DNA from: Candidatus Babeliales bacterium
GTDB lineage: Bacteria > Babelota > Babeliae > Babelales > Vermiphilaceae
Assembly: GCA_044451405.1 (NCBI GenBank)
Contig: JBIOKB010000004.1
Coordinates: 1-37,789, forward strand
Length of the DNA: 37,789 nucleotides
Direction: 5' to 3'
In this document: positions 29,390 through 37,789 of the stretch, piece by piece
How positions within the stretch are numbered: position 1 is the stretch's first letter
Layout: every line of letters begins with the position of its first letter
Program-made: the position numbers and the translations under genes
The notes under the pieces: generated by a model
Told to the model about the DNA's origin: nothing
The model's database searches: none
The model's input: the letters and a program-made list of their open reading frames with translations, nothing else

Positions 29390-31234
29390 ATGTGTGGGGT
29401 AGTTGGATATATCGGTAATCAGTATAGTAGAAAAATTATTTTAGATGGCCTATCTCGCCTCGAATACCGGGGATACGATACTGCGGGTTTTGCCTGTTTA
29501 AATCCTGATGACAATCGCCTGGTTTATCAAAAATCTGAAGGACATCTGCATAATCTAGTTAAAAAGATTGACCAATCGCCCATTGATGGTCATTTAGGTA
29601 TTGGCCACATTCGCTGGGCAACCCATGGCAATTCATCTGAAATCAATGCTCATCCCCAATTTGATTGTGAAAAAACGTTATCGCTCGTGCATAATGGCAT
29701 CATTGAAAATCATCTTGCAATAAAAAGACGGTTAGAAGAAGACGGACACGTTTTTCATTCCCAAACTGATTCTGAAGTTATTGCACATCTTTTTGAAGCA
29801 TTATTAGTTTCCCATTCTACTTTTAAAGCAGCTATTGTTGAGCTCGTTAAAGAGCTTGAAGGTGCGTATGCTTTTGTAGCCATTATGCAGAATTTCCCTG
29901 ATCGCATGGTGCTGGTACGCAAGCGTTCTCCGTTATGTATTGGTATTGGTGATGGGGAAATGTTTGTAGCATCAGATCCTATGGCTTTTAATGGTAAAAC
30001 ATCAAAAGTGCTTTTTTTACCTGATGAAAGTTTTGCTATTGTACGTACCGATTTAGTCTCGCTCTATGATTTTCATGGCAATGCGTTAGCTGTGCAAACG
30101 CAGGATATTCAATCCCAGTGGGGTGATTATGAAAAGCAGGGTTATGAACATTTCATGCTCAAAGAAATTTATCAGCAAAAAGGTGCTATCCAGCAAACGG
30201 TGACCTCATTGCGTTCATTAACTCATCGCATATGGGATGATCTTAATCTTACAGCTGACTATGTAAAACAGCTTAACACCATAAACTTAATCGCATGCGG
30301 TACGTCATGGCATGCAGCACGTATTGCCCAATTTTATTTTGAAACGGTCTGTTTAATTCCTACGCGGGTACATTTAGCGTCAGAATTCCGCTACACATCA
30401 TTTTTCCCTGAACAAAATAGTGTGTATGTATTTATTTCCCAATCGGGAGAAACGGCGGATACCCTTGAAGCATTACGCTTAGTGCTTTCTTTACAGTTGC
30501 CTACGCTTGCAGTAACGAATGTTCCCTCAAGTTCCTTGGTGCGTGAATCTGATGGTTTTATATTAACCCATGCCGGGCAAGAAGTTGCCGTTGCTTCAAC
30601 AAAAGCATTTTCAACGCAGATGGCAGCACTCTATTGGCTTGCGCATCGTATCGCGTTAGAGAAACAGTGTATTACCCATGAGCAGATGCATCAGGCAGAA
30701 GAAGACCTGTTGGTGATAGCAGAGGTGCTTGAAAATACCATTGAAAATTACAAGATGCCGATCATACAATCACTTGCTAAAAAATATAGCGGTGTCAAAC
30801 AAGCGATCTTCTTGGGTCGCCATATTAGTTATCCCTTTGCCCTAGAAGCAGCACTTAAGTTTAAAGAAATCTCCTACATTGCTGCTGATACCTATCCTGC
30901 TGGTGAGCTTAAGCATGGTCCACTAGCGTTAGTTGATGAGCATACGCCGGTATTCATCTTCTCCTGTAAAGATCCTATTATTTATTCAAAGCTCACGGCT
31001 AACGCCCAAGAGGTTAAGGCCCGTGGGGGGCGCATTATAGCCTTTGCGTTTGAAGGGCAAACGGAGCTCTGTTCGCTGGCTGATGATAGCTTTATAATAC
31101 CGCGGGTTAAGCCGCTATTAGGGCCACTTGCTATGACCGGGGTTATGCAGTTTTTTATCTACCATATTGCCCGTGAGTTAGGCAGACCGATTGATAAACC
31201 CCGTAATTTGGCTAAATCAGTGACGGTGGAGTAG
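29390..31234 (+). CDS. glmS: Glutamine-fructose-6-phosphate aminotransferase
   Basis: MCG, RLEYRGYD, RWATHG, SQSGETADT, GELKHGP, PRNLAKSVTVE. Confidence 0.98.
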   Translation: MCGVVGYIGNQYSRKIILDGLSRLEYRGYDTAGFACLNPDDNRLVYQKSEGHLHNLVKKIDQSPIDGHLGIGHIRWATHGNSSEINAHPQFDCEKTLSLVHNGIIENHLAIKRRLEEDGHVFHSQTDSEVIAHLFEALLVSHSTFKAAIVELVKELEGAYAFVAIMQNFPDRMVLVRKRSPLCIGIGDGEMFVASDPMAFNGKTSKVLFLPDESFAIVRTDLVSLYDFHGNALAVQTQDIQSQWGDYEKQGYEHFMLKEIYQQKGAIQQTVTSLRSLTHRIWDDLNLTADYVKQLNTINLIACGTSWHAARIAQFYFETVCLIPTRVHLASEFRYTSFFPEQNSVYVFISQSGETADTLEALRLVLSLQLPTLAVTNVPSSSLVRESDGFILTHAGQEVAVASTKAFSTQMAALYWLAHRIALEKQCITHEQMHQAEEDLLVIAEVLENTIENYKMPIIQSLAKKYSGVKQAIFLGRHISYPFALEAALKFKEISYIAADTYPAGELKHGPLALVDEHTPVFIFSCKDPIIYSKLTANAQEVKARGGRIIAFAFEGQTELCSLADDSFIIPRVKPLLGPLAMTGVMQFFIYHIARELGRPIDKPRNLAKSVTVE

Positions 31235-31285
31235 GGAGAAGGACTGGCCCCTATTTTACCCAACCTCACAGAAGCTCGTTTGGGA

Positions 31286-31346
31286 CCCAATACTTCGCTC
31301 TTGCTATCGAAGTAAGACCTCAGGCAGTGTTAAGCTACGCCGGGCA
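31286..31346 (-). repeat. Family-1 modular element, cargo B
   Basis: Reverse complement tgcccggcGTAgctt-aacactgcctgaggtcttacttcgatagcaa-gagcGAAgtattggg. Confidence 0.9.
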
Positions 31347-31786
31347 ACTTTCGCCATATGAGTTTCTTTACACCTGCGTTGCCAGCCCAGCGAAAGTTGA
31401 CAAACTATCCGGCATAAGGCATCATGAATTATGAGTTTAATGATAAGCTCAATTACGCATAAAATAATAGAATCATGAAAAGATCATATAAGAATCGATT
31501 ATCTATAACATTGTTTGCGAGTTGTGTTTTCATCTTTCTATTTGAAATTTCGCATAGAAATCCTCCTCAAAAGAGCTCCTCAGTTAAACAGAGCTATCTT
31601 GGTACGCATGAGCGTGTCGTTTTTTCACATAGTATTTCAAACTTTAACGAGTGATAGAGTTTAGCTGAAAGGCAAATGAATTAATGTTTTTTAAGAGAAG
31701 GGTTTGAAAATATATAAGAAATAGAAGATAAGAAGAATTTAAACTAGATGTATTTTATTAATTATTAATTATTAGGTATCGCGTAT

Positions 31787-32110
31787 ATGAATATTTACGT
31801 TGGAAATGTAGCAGCAGGTGTTAGTGAAGATCAATTGAGATCTTTATTTGGTCAACATGGCACAGTAAAAAAAGTAAGCATCATCAAAGATAAGTTCACT
31901 GGTGAACATCGTGGTTTTGCCTTTGTTGAAATGTCAACTATGGATGAAGGTAATCAAGCAATCAACGCATTAAATGGTGTTGAAGTTGGTGGGCAACGTT
32001 TAAGAATTAACGAAGCTCGTCCACGCGAAGATCGTCCACGTCGTCCATACAATGGTGGCGGACATCGTGATGGTGGTAATGGTGGCGGTAGTCGCTTCCC
32101 TCGCTACTAA
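31787..32110 (+). CDS. RRM RNA-binding protein with Gly/Arg-rich tail
   Basis: RNP2 IYVGNV, RNP1 RGFAFVEM, INEARPRE. Confidence 0.95.
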   Translation: MNIYVGNVAAGVSEDQLRSLFGQHGTVKKVSIIKDKFTGEHRGFAFVEMSTMDEGNQAINALNGVEVGGQRLRINEARPREDRPRRPYNGGGHRDGGNGGGSRFPRY

Positions 32111-32129
32111 TTTTCTGTAGTGAAAATTT

Positions 32130-32171
32130 AAACCCCCGGCATTTCAGTGCGAAATGCCGGGGGTTTTTTTT
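32130..32171. terminator. Bidirectional Rho-independent terminator
   Basis: aaacccccggcatttc-agtgc-gaaatgccgggggttt followed by T run. Confidence 0.92.
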
Positions 32172-32190
32172 ATGTCTTATGTGGTGTACT

Positions 32191-33315
32191 TTAACCTTTG
32201 ATGCGCAAAGCGAAGGTAATTATATAGTATAGTGCCGCAGTAGCTACCGGAGCGAGTGCAGCATACATAGCAGTTGCACGAGTGATATCAGCGGCATTTT
32301 TGGTGATCTTTACATTAGTAAAAGTATAATTAGCTATAAGAGCTGTCAGTATATTGTTTGGTAGTGAAACAAATATACGTTTTTGCTCTTGAGTTAAGGT
32401 CAATGCGTCACTAGATTGTTTTTTTACGGCATCTTCTTGTGATGCATATAACCAAGCTAAAAATTTCAGCTGTTCTTCAGAGAGTTCTTCAAATTGTGCT
32501 CGTGTTGCATCATCTACCTTAAAGATGGTGCCTCTGTTGGTATAGTGTAACGCATTAAATTCTTTAGGTTTAATATCAAGTTGGTTTCGCTCAGAGACTA
32601 GGTGAGGAAAATACTCGTTGTGTCCTTGAATTAAACGGGATCCTAAATGGCCCCGTTCTAATATAACACGGCTATCAGCCTGCACATAAAGGCGTGGATC
32701 ACTGGCATCAGGTAATAGTCCATGCGCATTTGTCGCGAGGTCTATTAGAAGATCATTACCTCGTATTTTAACAAGGTCAATACAATCAAAAAGTTTTCTC
32801 TTGGTGGCAAGATAATCTCCATAGGGAAATACTGCAGGGATGATATGCGCTCCACCATGCTGCATCATTAATCGCTTTTTGCGTATTTCTTCCCCTCCGC
32901 CAACAAGCTTCCAAATAAGTCTATGAATATCAGCGGGTAACGATGCTGCTGCTGCATACGTCGTTTCTAAAGAAAATGGGAGTTGTGTGCAACTGAGCAC
33001 TATGACGTTTATACTTTCTTGTACTGCTTTTTCACGTTCTAATTTTTGCGCTTGCTTTTCAGGTTTTTGATCTTCTTCTTTCCATCGTTGCCATCGTTCA
33101 TCGGCAGAGCGTGAGTCTCTCACTGTTGGTATTATTACATCGTCATTATCATCAGCTTTTGCTGTTATTATTAAAGCTGCTACAGCATCTGTTTTTTCGA
33201 GTGCAATTGCACAAAAAAGATCTTCTTGAACCTTGGCTTTACGCTCCTCTTCACTGGCATACAGACCAGAAGTGAGGGTTAGTAGGGCTACCCCTCGTAT
33301 TACTATAGCTTTCAT
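32191..33315 (-). CDS. Exported chimeric paralogue of the ankyrin genes with C-terminal TM
   Basis: Shares LLTLTSGLYASEEERKAK; GGAGG RBS before ATG 33315. Confidence 0.85.
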   Translation of the reverse strand: MKAIVIRGVALLTLTSGLYASEEERKAKVQEDLFCAIALEKTDAVAALIITAKADDNDDVIIPTVRDSRSADERWQRWKEEDQKPEKQAQKLEREKAVQESINVIVLSCTQLPFSLETTYAAAASLPADIHRLIWKLVGGGEEIRKKRLMMQHGGAHIIPAVFPYGDYLATKRKLFDCIDLVKIRGNDLLIDLATNAHGLLPDASDPRLYVQADSRVILERGHLGSRLIQGHNEYFPHLVSERNQLDIKPKEFNALHYTNRGTIFKVDDATRAQFEELSEEQLKFLAWLYASQEDAVKKQSSDALTLTQEQKRIFVSLPNNILTALIANYTFTNVKITKNAADITRATAMYAALAPVATAALYYIITFALRIKG

Positions 33316-33950
33316 AAAATCCTCCATACTAAATTATCGTTTTTATCTTGCTCGCGAACCATGCAAAACCCAGAAGACTTTTTAAATACCCATTTAATAT
33401 TTTGATCTTCAAATATCGCATGAAGTTTTGCTTTATCTGCTCCATGCCTTCCGCAGAAATAATCAGCTACAATGCTAGCTACATCTAAAGAAAACATAGG
33501 AAGAAATTCATATAGAGTGTCTAATTTTTTACGGTGTTCATCTAAAGTAAGAATAGTATCACGCGTAGGAATTCGCGTGTAATCATCACCGGCGTTTTCT
33601 GTTAATTTGATATGCAAAATATCAAGAACAGCACGATTGAACTTATTAGGAATGTTAGGATTTACTCCAAATTCAAGTAATAGCGTAATAATGTTGTGTC
33701 GTTTTTCATTGCGAGTTCTCTCGCCATAACCACCAATTGCGGCATGGAAGAGGGGAGTTTCACCAAATAATGGATCTTGCGTATTAACGTCGGCTTTTGT
33801 TGTTAATAAAGCTTCTATTTCATCTGTCTTTTCGCGTATAATTGCATGCATAAATTCTTGTTGAATCTTAGCTTTACGCTCCTCTTCACTGGCAGAGAGG
33901 CCAGAGGCGAGGGTTGCTAATCCAAGAATTAATGGTAATAATTTTTTCAT
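33312..33950 (-). CDS. Exported ankyrin-repeat protein
   Basis: ADVN...GETPLFHAA, LLLEFGVNPN. Confidence 0.9.
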   Translation of the reverse strand: MKKLLPLILGLATLASGLSASEEERKAKIQQEFMHAIIREKTDEIEALLTTKADVNTQDPLFGETPLFHAAIGGYGERTRNEKRHNIITLLLEFGVNPNIPNKFNRAVLDILHIKLTENAGDDYTRIPTRDTILTLDEHRKKLDTLYEFLPMFSLDVASIVADYFCGRHGADKAKLHAIFEDQNIKWVFKKSSGFCMVREQDKNDNLVWRIL

Positions 33951-34786
33951 GATAATTCTCCACGTTTACGTAAGTCTTGAATCAGTTCTGTATATTTTTC
34001 ATAGAGAGCTTCAAGTTTTTTCTTATCAGCGCCATGTTTTCCACAGAAATATTCAGCTACAACGCCAACTACATCTAAAGAAAACATGGGAAGTGATGCA
34101 CCTAAAGCATCAAGTGTTTTACGGTGTTTTTGTAATACACGAAGGGCTAGGCACGCGGGAATTTTAAAATTTAAACGATCATCGTCTGATGTAATGAGTG
34201 GCTTACTGTCTAACCTCTCATCTAACGTACGTAAGACAGTATAATCATCTTTAGTGGCTATGTTAGGATTTGCTCCATGTGCAAGAAGTAATTCAACTAC
34301 TTGCGGAGTGGCGGTATTTTTCTGTACAAGCGTGTGAATTGGGGTGTTTCCATTTTTATCTTGCTTATTGATATTGTCACCATGCTTAAGTAATGTACGA
34401 ATACATTTTTCTCTGCTAGTTGCATCATCAATTGATTCACATATGTAATTGAGGCCGCTTCCCCAGTTGTATGTTGCTCGCATACACATACAATCTACAT
34501 CGGCCTTATGAGTAAGTAATAATTCCATTATAGCTGGACTGCCTGCAGCACAACGTAAAGGTGAACGTCCATGAGAAACTGTTTCATTTAGATCGGCTTT
34601 TGCGTCTATTAAAGATTGTATGTGTTCTAATTGTTCTTCTGTTGCTTCGTTTCCATTGCATACAGTTACGGCAGTAATTGCTCTGAAAAACTCTTCTTGA
34701 AGCTTAGCTTTACGCTCTTCTTCACTGGCATAGAGGCCAGAGGTGAGAGTGAGTAGGGCGACCCCTATCGTTACTATGATTTTCAT
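33947..34786 (-). CDS. Exported ankyrin-repeat protein
   Basis: GRSPLRCAA, INKQDKNGNTPIH, LLLAHGANPN; start MKIIV after GGAAGGG. Confidence 0.9.
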   Translation of the reverse strand: MKIIVTIGVALLTLTSGLYASEEERKAKLQEEFFRAITAVTVCNGNEATEEQLEHIQSLIDAKADLNETVSHGRSPLRCAAGSPAIMELLLTHKADVDCMCMRATYNWGSGLNYICESIDDATSREKCIRTLLKHGDNINKQDKNGNTPIHTLVQKNTATPQVVELLLAHGANPNIATKDDYTVLRTLDERLDSKPLITSDDDRLNFKIPACLALRVLQKHRKTLDALGASLPMFSLDVVGVVAEYFCGKHGADKKKLEALYEKYTELIQDLRKRGELS

Positions 34787-34833
34787 AAAACCCTTCCAAT
34801 TTTTAAAAATGGCTAATTTTAGTTGCATTTTTA

Positions 34834-34861
34834 ATTATAATTCTTATTTGTAATAATGCAA
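34834..34861 (-). promoter_or_regulatory. Probable promoter of the ankyrin operon
   Basis: Minus strand TTGCAT-16 bp-TATAAT. Confidence 0.5.
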
Positions 34862-34885
34862 GTGGGGGGGGAGGGGTTGAACCTG

Positions 34886-34914
34886 AAAAGGCCCCTATGG
34901 AGTAGCATAGGGGC
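34886..34914 (-). terminator. Terminator of the S41 protease gene
   Basis: Minus strand gcccctatg-ctactc-cataggggc-ctttt. Confidence 0.8.
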
Positions 34915-34940
34915 TAGGGGATTGTTTTACAATAACTATG

Positions 34941-36422
34941 CTATGACTTAACTTCCTCAATTTTGAGTTCGTCATTGGTAACATAAATACCCCTTAAGAA
35001 CTTCACCGCTTTATCCCGATTACTTACTTCATTAGGGCAGTAGGTTTTTGCCATTGAAAGTAAGTTGATCAACGTGATGGCTTCTCTAAATTGATTATCA
35101 TTATCTAATAGATCTTTGGCGCGATCAGACCAGTTTTTTTCTTTGGATGATTTTTCATTCTTTTTCTCATCCTCATCACTGGTTCCGTTGATATTGATAT
35201 AATTTTCTAATGTGCGTTCTCTGCCATAAAATTTGGTAAACCAGGTGATTTGATTGGTTGGTGGAAACCGTTTTTCGATATCAAAATCTGGCTCGATGCC
35301 AAGGCCTTGGATAGAGGTGTCGTTTGGTAAGAAATAGAGTGATGTGGTTAATTTCATGGCACAGTTGTTTCCGATAGGAATAACTTCTTGCACCGATCCT
35401 TTACCAAAGGTACGAGTGCCTACTAAAAAGACCATTAATTTTTTCTGCGTACCATTCTTTTTTGCATAATTCTCTGAATGTATCTTTAAACAGCCGGCAA
35501 GAATTTCAGCGGCGGATGCGCTGTAGTTATTAATTAAAATAAAGAGCGGTATGCCATTATTGGCAATAGGCTCACTGGTTGTTACATAGCGCTCAGTTTC
35601 TTTATTCTGTTTATCCTTAGTTGCTACTACCAAGCTTCCTTTATCAACAAACAGTCCGGCAATATCAATACCAACATTTAAAAGGCCGCCGGAGTTGTTG
35701 CGTAAATCAAGAATCAGCGCACGGCATGGTTTTTTACGTGTTTGATGTAACAGATCTTTAATTTGTTTTGTTGCCGTATCAGTAAACATAGCAAGAGAGA
35801 GATAATAGATCTGTTGTTCTGGCAAGTAAAAGCAAAGGGAATTTTGTTCTTTAATAACATCACGTTTGATATCAAATGATAACAGATCAGGGCTGTTTTC
35901 TCGCAACACTTTTATATGCACTGATGAGTGGCGTTCACCTTTTAATTTTGCCGTTGCTTCTTCTGTTGATATGCCTTCAAGTGGTTTTCCATCAATTTCA
36001 ATAATTTTATCAAGGGCTTTCATGCCTGCATTATCTGCTGGGCCGCCAAGTACCGTATCAATCACGAGTAAAAACTTATCTTTGGGTTGCCGCGTATTAT
36101 CAATAACAATACCGATACCAAAAAATTCACCACTCGTACTTTCTAAAATGCTTTTATAGGTTTTAGGATCAAGAAAATTTGAGTGGGGATCAAGGCAGGT
36201 TAAAAAGCCATCAATTGCTTTAATCATGCAATTTTCAGGATTAGTTACTTTGTAATGTTTTTGATTGGTTGTTTGGAGAACTTCAGCAAAGGTGCGTGAC
36301 CAATCGTAGATAACTTCGTCAAAATTGGTACTCGGCTCTTTTTTTGCTACTCCCGCCATGCAGGTTAAAGAGGCATACAAGGGTGGCAACAATATGAGAT
36401 AATGGTATGAACGCATACGCAT
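34941..36422 (-). CDS. S41 carboxyl-terminal processing protease (CtpA-like)
   Basis: LDPHS, PDZ (FFGIGI), LDLRNNSGGLL, SASAAEI, TFGKGSVQ. Confidence 0.95.
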   Translation of the reverse strand: MRMRSYHYLILLPPLYASLTCMAGVAKKEPSTNFDEVIYDWSRTFAEVLQTTNQKHYKVTNPENCMIKAIDGFLTCLDPHSNFLDPKTYKSILESTSGEFFGIGIVIDNTRQPKDKFLLVIDTVLGGPADNAGMKALDKIIEIDGKPLEGISTEEATAKLKGERHSSVHIKVLRENSPDLLSFDIKRDVIKEQNSLCFYLPEQQIYYLSLAMFTDTATKQIKDLLHQTRKKPCRALILDLRNNSGGLLNVGIDIAGLFVDKGSLVVATKDKQNKETERYVTTSEPIANNGIPLFILINNYSASAAEILAGCLKIHSENYAKKNGTQKKLMVFLVGTRTFGKGSVQEVIPIGNNCAMKLTTSLYFLPNDTSIQGLGIEPDFDIEKRFPPTNQITWFTKFYGRERTLENYININGTSDEDEKKNEKSSKEKNWSDRAKDLLDNDNQFREAITLINLLSMAKTYCPNEVSNRDKAVKFLRGIYVTNDELKIEEVKS

Positions 36423-36532
36423 GCTACAATCCTTTTCTTTTAATCTGCATTACCGTATTCTAATAAAATAAATCTACATAACCTACTGCTTATTGCAAGA
36501 TATCGTGGCACGATGGTTTAAGGTGATTATTT

Positions 36533-37483
36533 ATGATGCACAAAGCTATGATTAAATCGCAGGTTTTTTCAACCATGAACATGCACACACACCATGCACA
36601 GATTGTTATTGTTACGGGGTATTCTGGAGCAGGCAAAAGTAGTGTGTTAAAAGCGCTAGAAGATAGTGGTTTTTTGTGTATCGATAATTTACCTATTGCG
36701 CTCTTTGATGTCTTTTTTAAGTCGGTTGCACAAACCAGTACGCCTGATACGTATAAGAGGGTAGCGCTTGGCTTGGATGTGCGCAGTGATAGCACCATGG
36801 AGTTGCTCAAACATGAATTGCGCAACGTATCAGGGAATCCACCGATAAAGATTGTATTTGTAACATCAAGTGATGCCATATTGGTAAAACGCTTTCAAGA
36901 AACACGCCGCACACATCCACTCGCACAATCGTGCGATTTGTTAGGAGCCATAGCGCAAGAAAAAAAGCTTATGGATCCGCTTAAAATGATGGCGGATATC
37001 ATTGTAGATACCGATCAGTTAACTATTCATCAGTTGCGTAAATTAATACACACCTCATTTGCAGCACCAACAACGCAACGTATTTCAGTCAGTTTAGTAT
37101 CCTTTGGTTTTAAATATGGCGTACCGCCTGAAAGCAATTTCGTCTTTGATGTGAGTTCATTGCCAAATCCCTATTTTATGCCCGCATTAAAACCATTAAC
37201 TGGTGTTGATCAGCCAATTCAGGATTACCTGTTTGCATTACCGGAAGTGGTTGATTATTGGCACAAGGCGCGTGATTTTGTACGCTTTGCTATTGAACGT
37301 TCCTATCAAGAGGGGCGCTTATTTATTACCATTGCTATAGGTTGTACCGGAGGGCGGCATCGTTCCGTTGCTTTTGTGCATAAATTGGCGCAGGAAGTAA
37401 TTCCACATGCACAATTTTTAATAAAGCATCGTGATGTTGCGCATGATAATGAACAATATATCAGGAGATCAGATGAATTATAA
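36533..37483 (+). CDS. rapZ: RNase adapter RapZ/YvcJ (true start may be 36575 or 36581)
   Basis: TGYSGAGKS, IDNLP, ETRRTHPL, SFGFKYG, GCTGGRHRSV. Confidence 0.95.
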   Translation: MMHKAMIKSQVFSTMNMHTHHAQIVIVTGYSGAGKSSVLKALEDSGFLCIDNLPIALFDVFFKSVAQTSTPDTYKRVALGLDVRSDSTMELLKHELRNVSGNPPIKIVFVTSSDAILVKRFQETRRTHPLAQSCDLLGAIAQEKKLMDPLKMMADIIVDTDQLTIHQLRKLIHTSFAAPTTQRISVSLVSFGFKYGVPPESNFVFDVSSLPNPYFMPALKPLTGVDQPIQDYLFALPEVVDYWHKARDFVRFAIERSYQEGRLFITIAIGCTGGRHRSVAFVHKLAQEVIPHAQFLIKHRDVAHDNEQYIRRSDEL

Positions 37484-37754
37484 ACCGTATCTGTTGCGTG
37501 GTTTTTTTGGTATAGAAGTACTCGTGTTTGCGTGGCTCTATTTTTTTGGTGCGCAGGGGTTGCACACGCTGTGGCGCATGCAGCATGAACATAGTACTGC
37601 AGAGCATACGCTTGTAGTTATGCAAAAAGAAGTAAACTCACTTGAACATGAACTTCATGCATGGCAGCACCATCCGTTTTATAAAGAAAAGTTAGCGCGG
37701 GAACAATTACAAATGGCACGCCCTGGTGAACAGATATATTATTTGAGGAGTTAA
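37473..37754 (+). CDS. Septum formation initiator (FtsB/DivIC family)
   Basis: TM, coiled coil, EKLAREQLQMARPGE; AGGAG RBS. Confidence 0.85.
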   Translation: MNYKPYLLRGFFGIEVLVFAWLYFFGAQGLHTLWRMQHEHSTAEHTLVVMQKEVNSLEHELHAWQHHPFYKEKLAREQLQMARPGEQIYYLRS

Positions 37755-37757
37755 GCA

Positions 37758-37789
37758 ATGGCATACACGTTACCCCCGTTACCCTATGC
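37758..37789 (+). CDS. Fe/Mn superoxide dismutase, N-terminus only
   Basis: MAYTLPPLPY after GAGGAG; only 10 codons visible. Confidence 0.75.
   Translation, partial: MAYTLPPLPY

Noticed and set aside
34864-34876. G8 tract as a phase-variation switch
   Set aside because: The run is short and lies outside the putative -35/-10 spacer; no evidence of length variation

Overview
Bacterial chromosomal window of about 40% GC. The many short signal-peptide orphan genes, ankyrin paralogues and coiled-coil proteins suggest an intracellular parasite of protists such as Dependentiae/Babelota (TM6); this is inference. Housekeeping genes: sufC-sufB-sufD-sufS, a displaced sufU followed by nurA, dnaJ, a TonB-C-terminal-like protein, mpg, tilS, gyrB, tadA, dksA-like, tRNA-Thr(CGT), rpsI, glmS, an RRM protein, an S41 protease, rapZ, an FtsB/DivIC-like gene and the start of a superoxide dismutase. 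About 19 predicted exported orphan or effector-like genes lie between them. The most distinctive signal is three families of small palindromic repeats. (1) A modular element in 8 copies has a covarying outer stem with a symmetric GNA/GNA internal loop around interchangeable cargo, and it docks onto start codons, stop codons and the tRNA CCA end. (2) A 33-36 bp hairpin in 3 copies is inserted in frame inside proteins, as Rickettsia RPEs are. (3) A 20 bp TAGTGYGC-N4-GCRCACCA hairpin in 6 copies is sometimes nested in family 1. No transposase, integrase or CRISPR array was seen.
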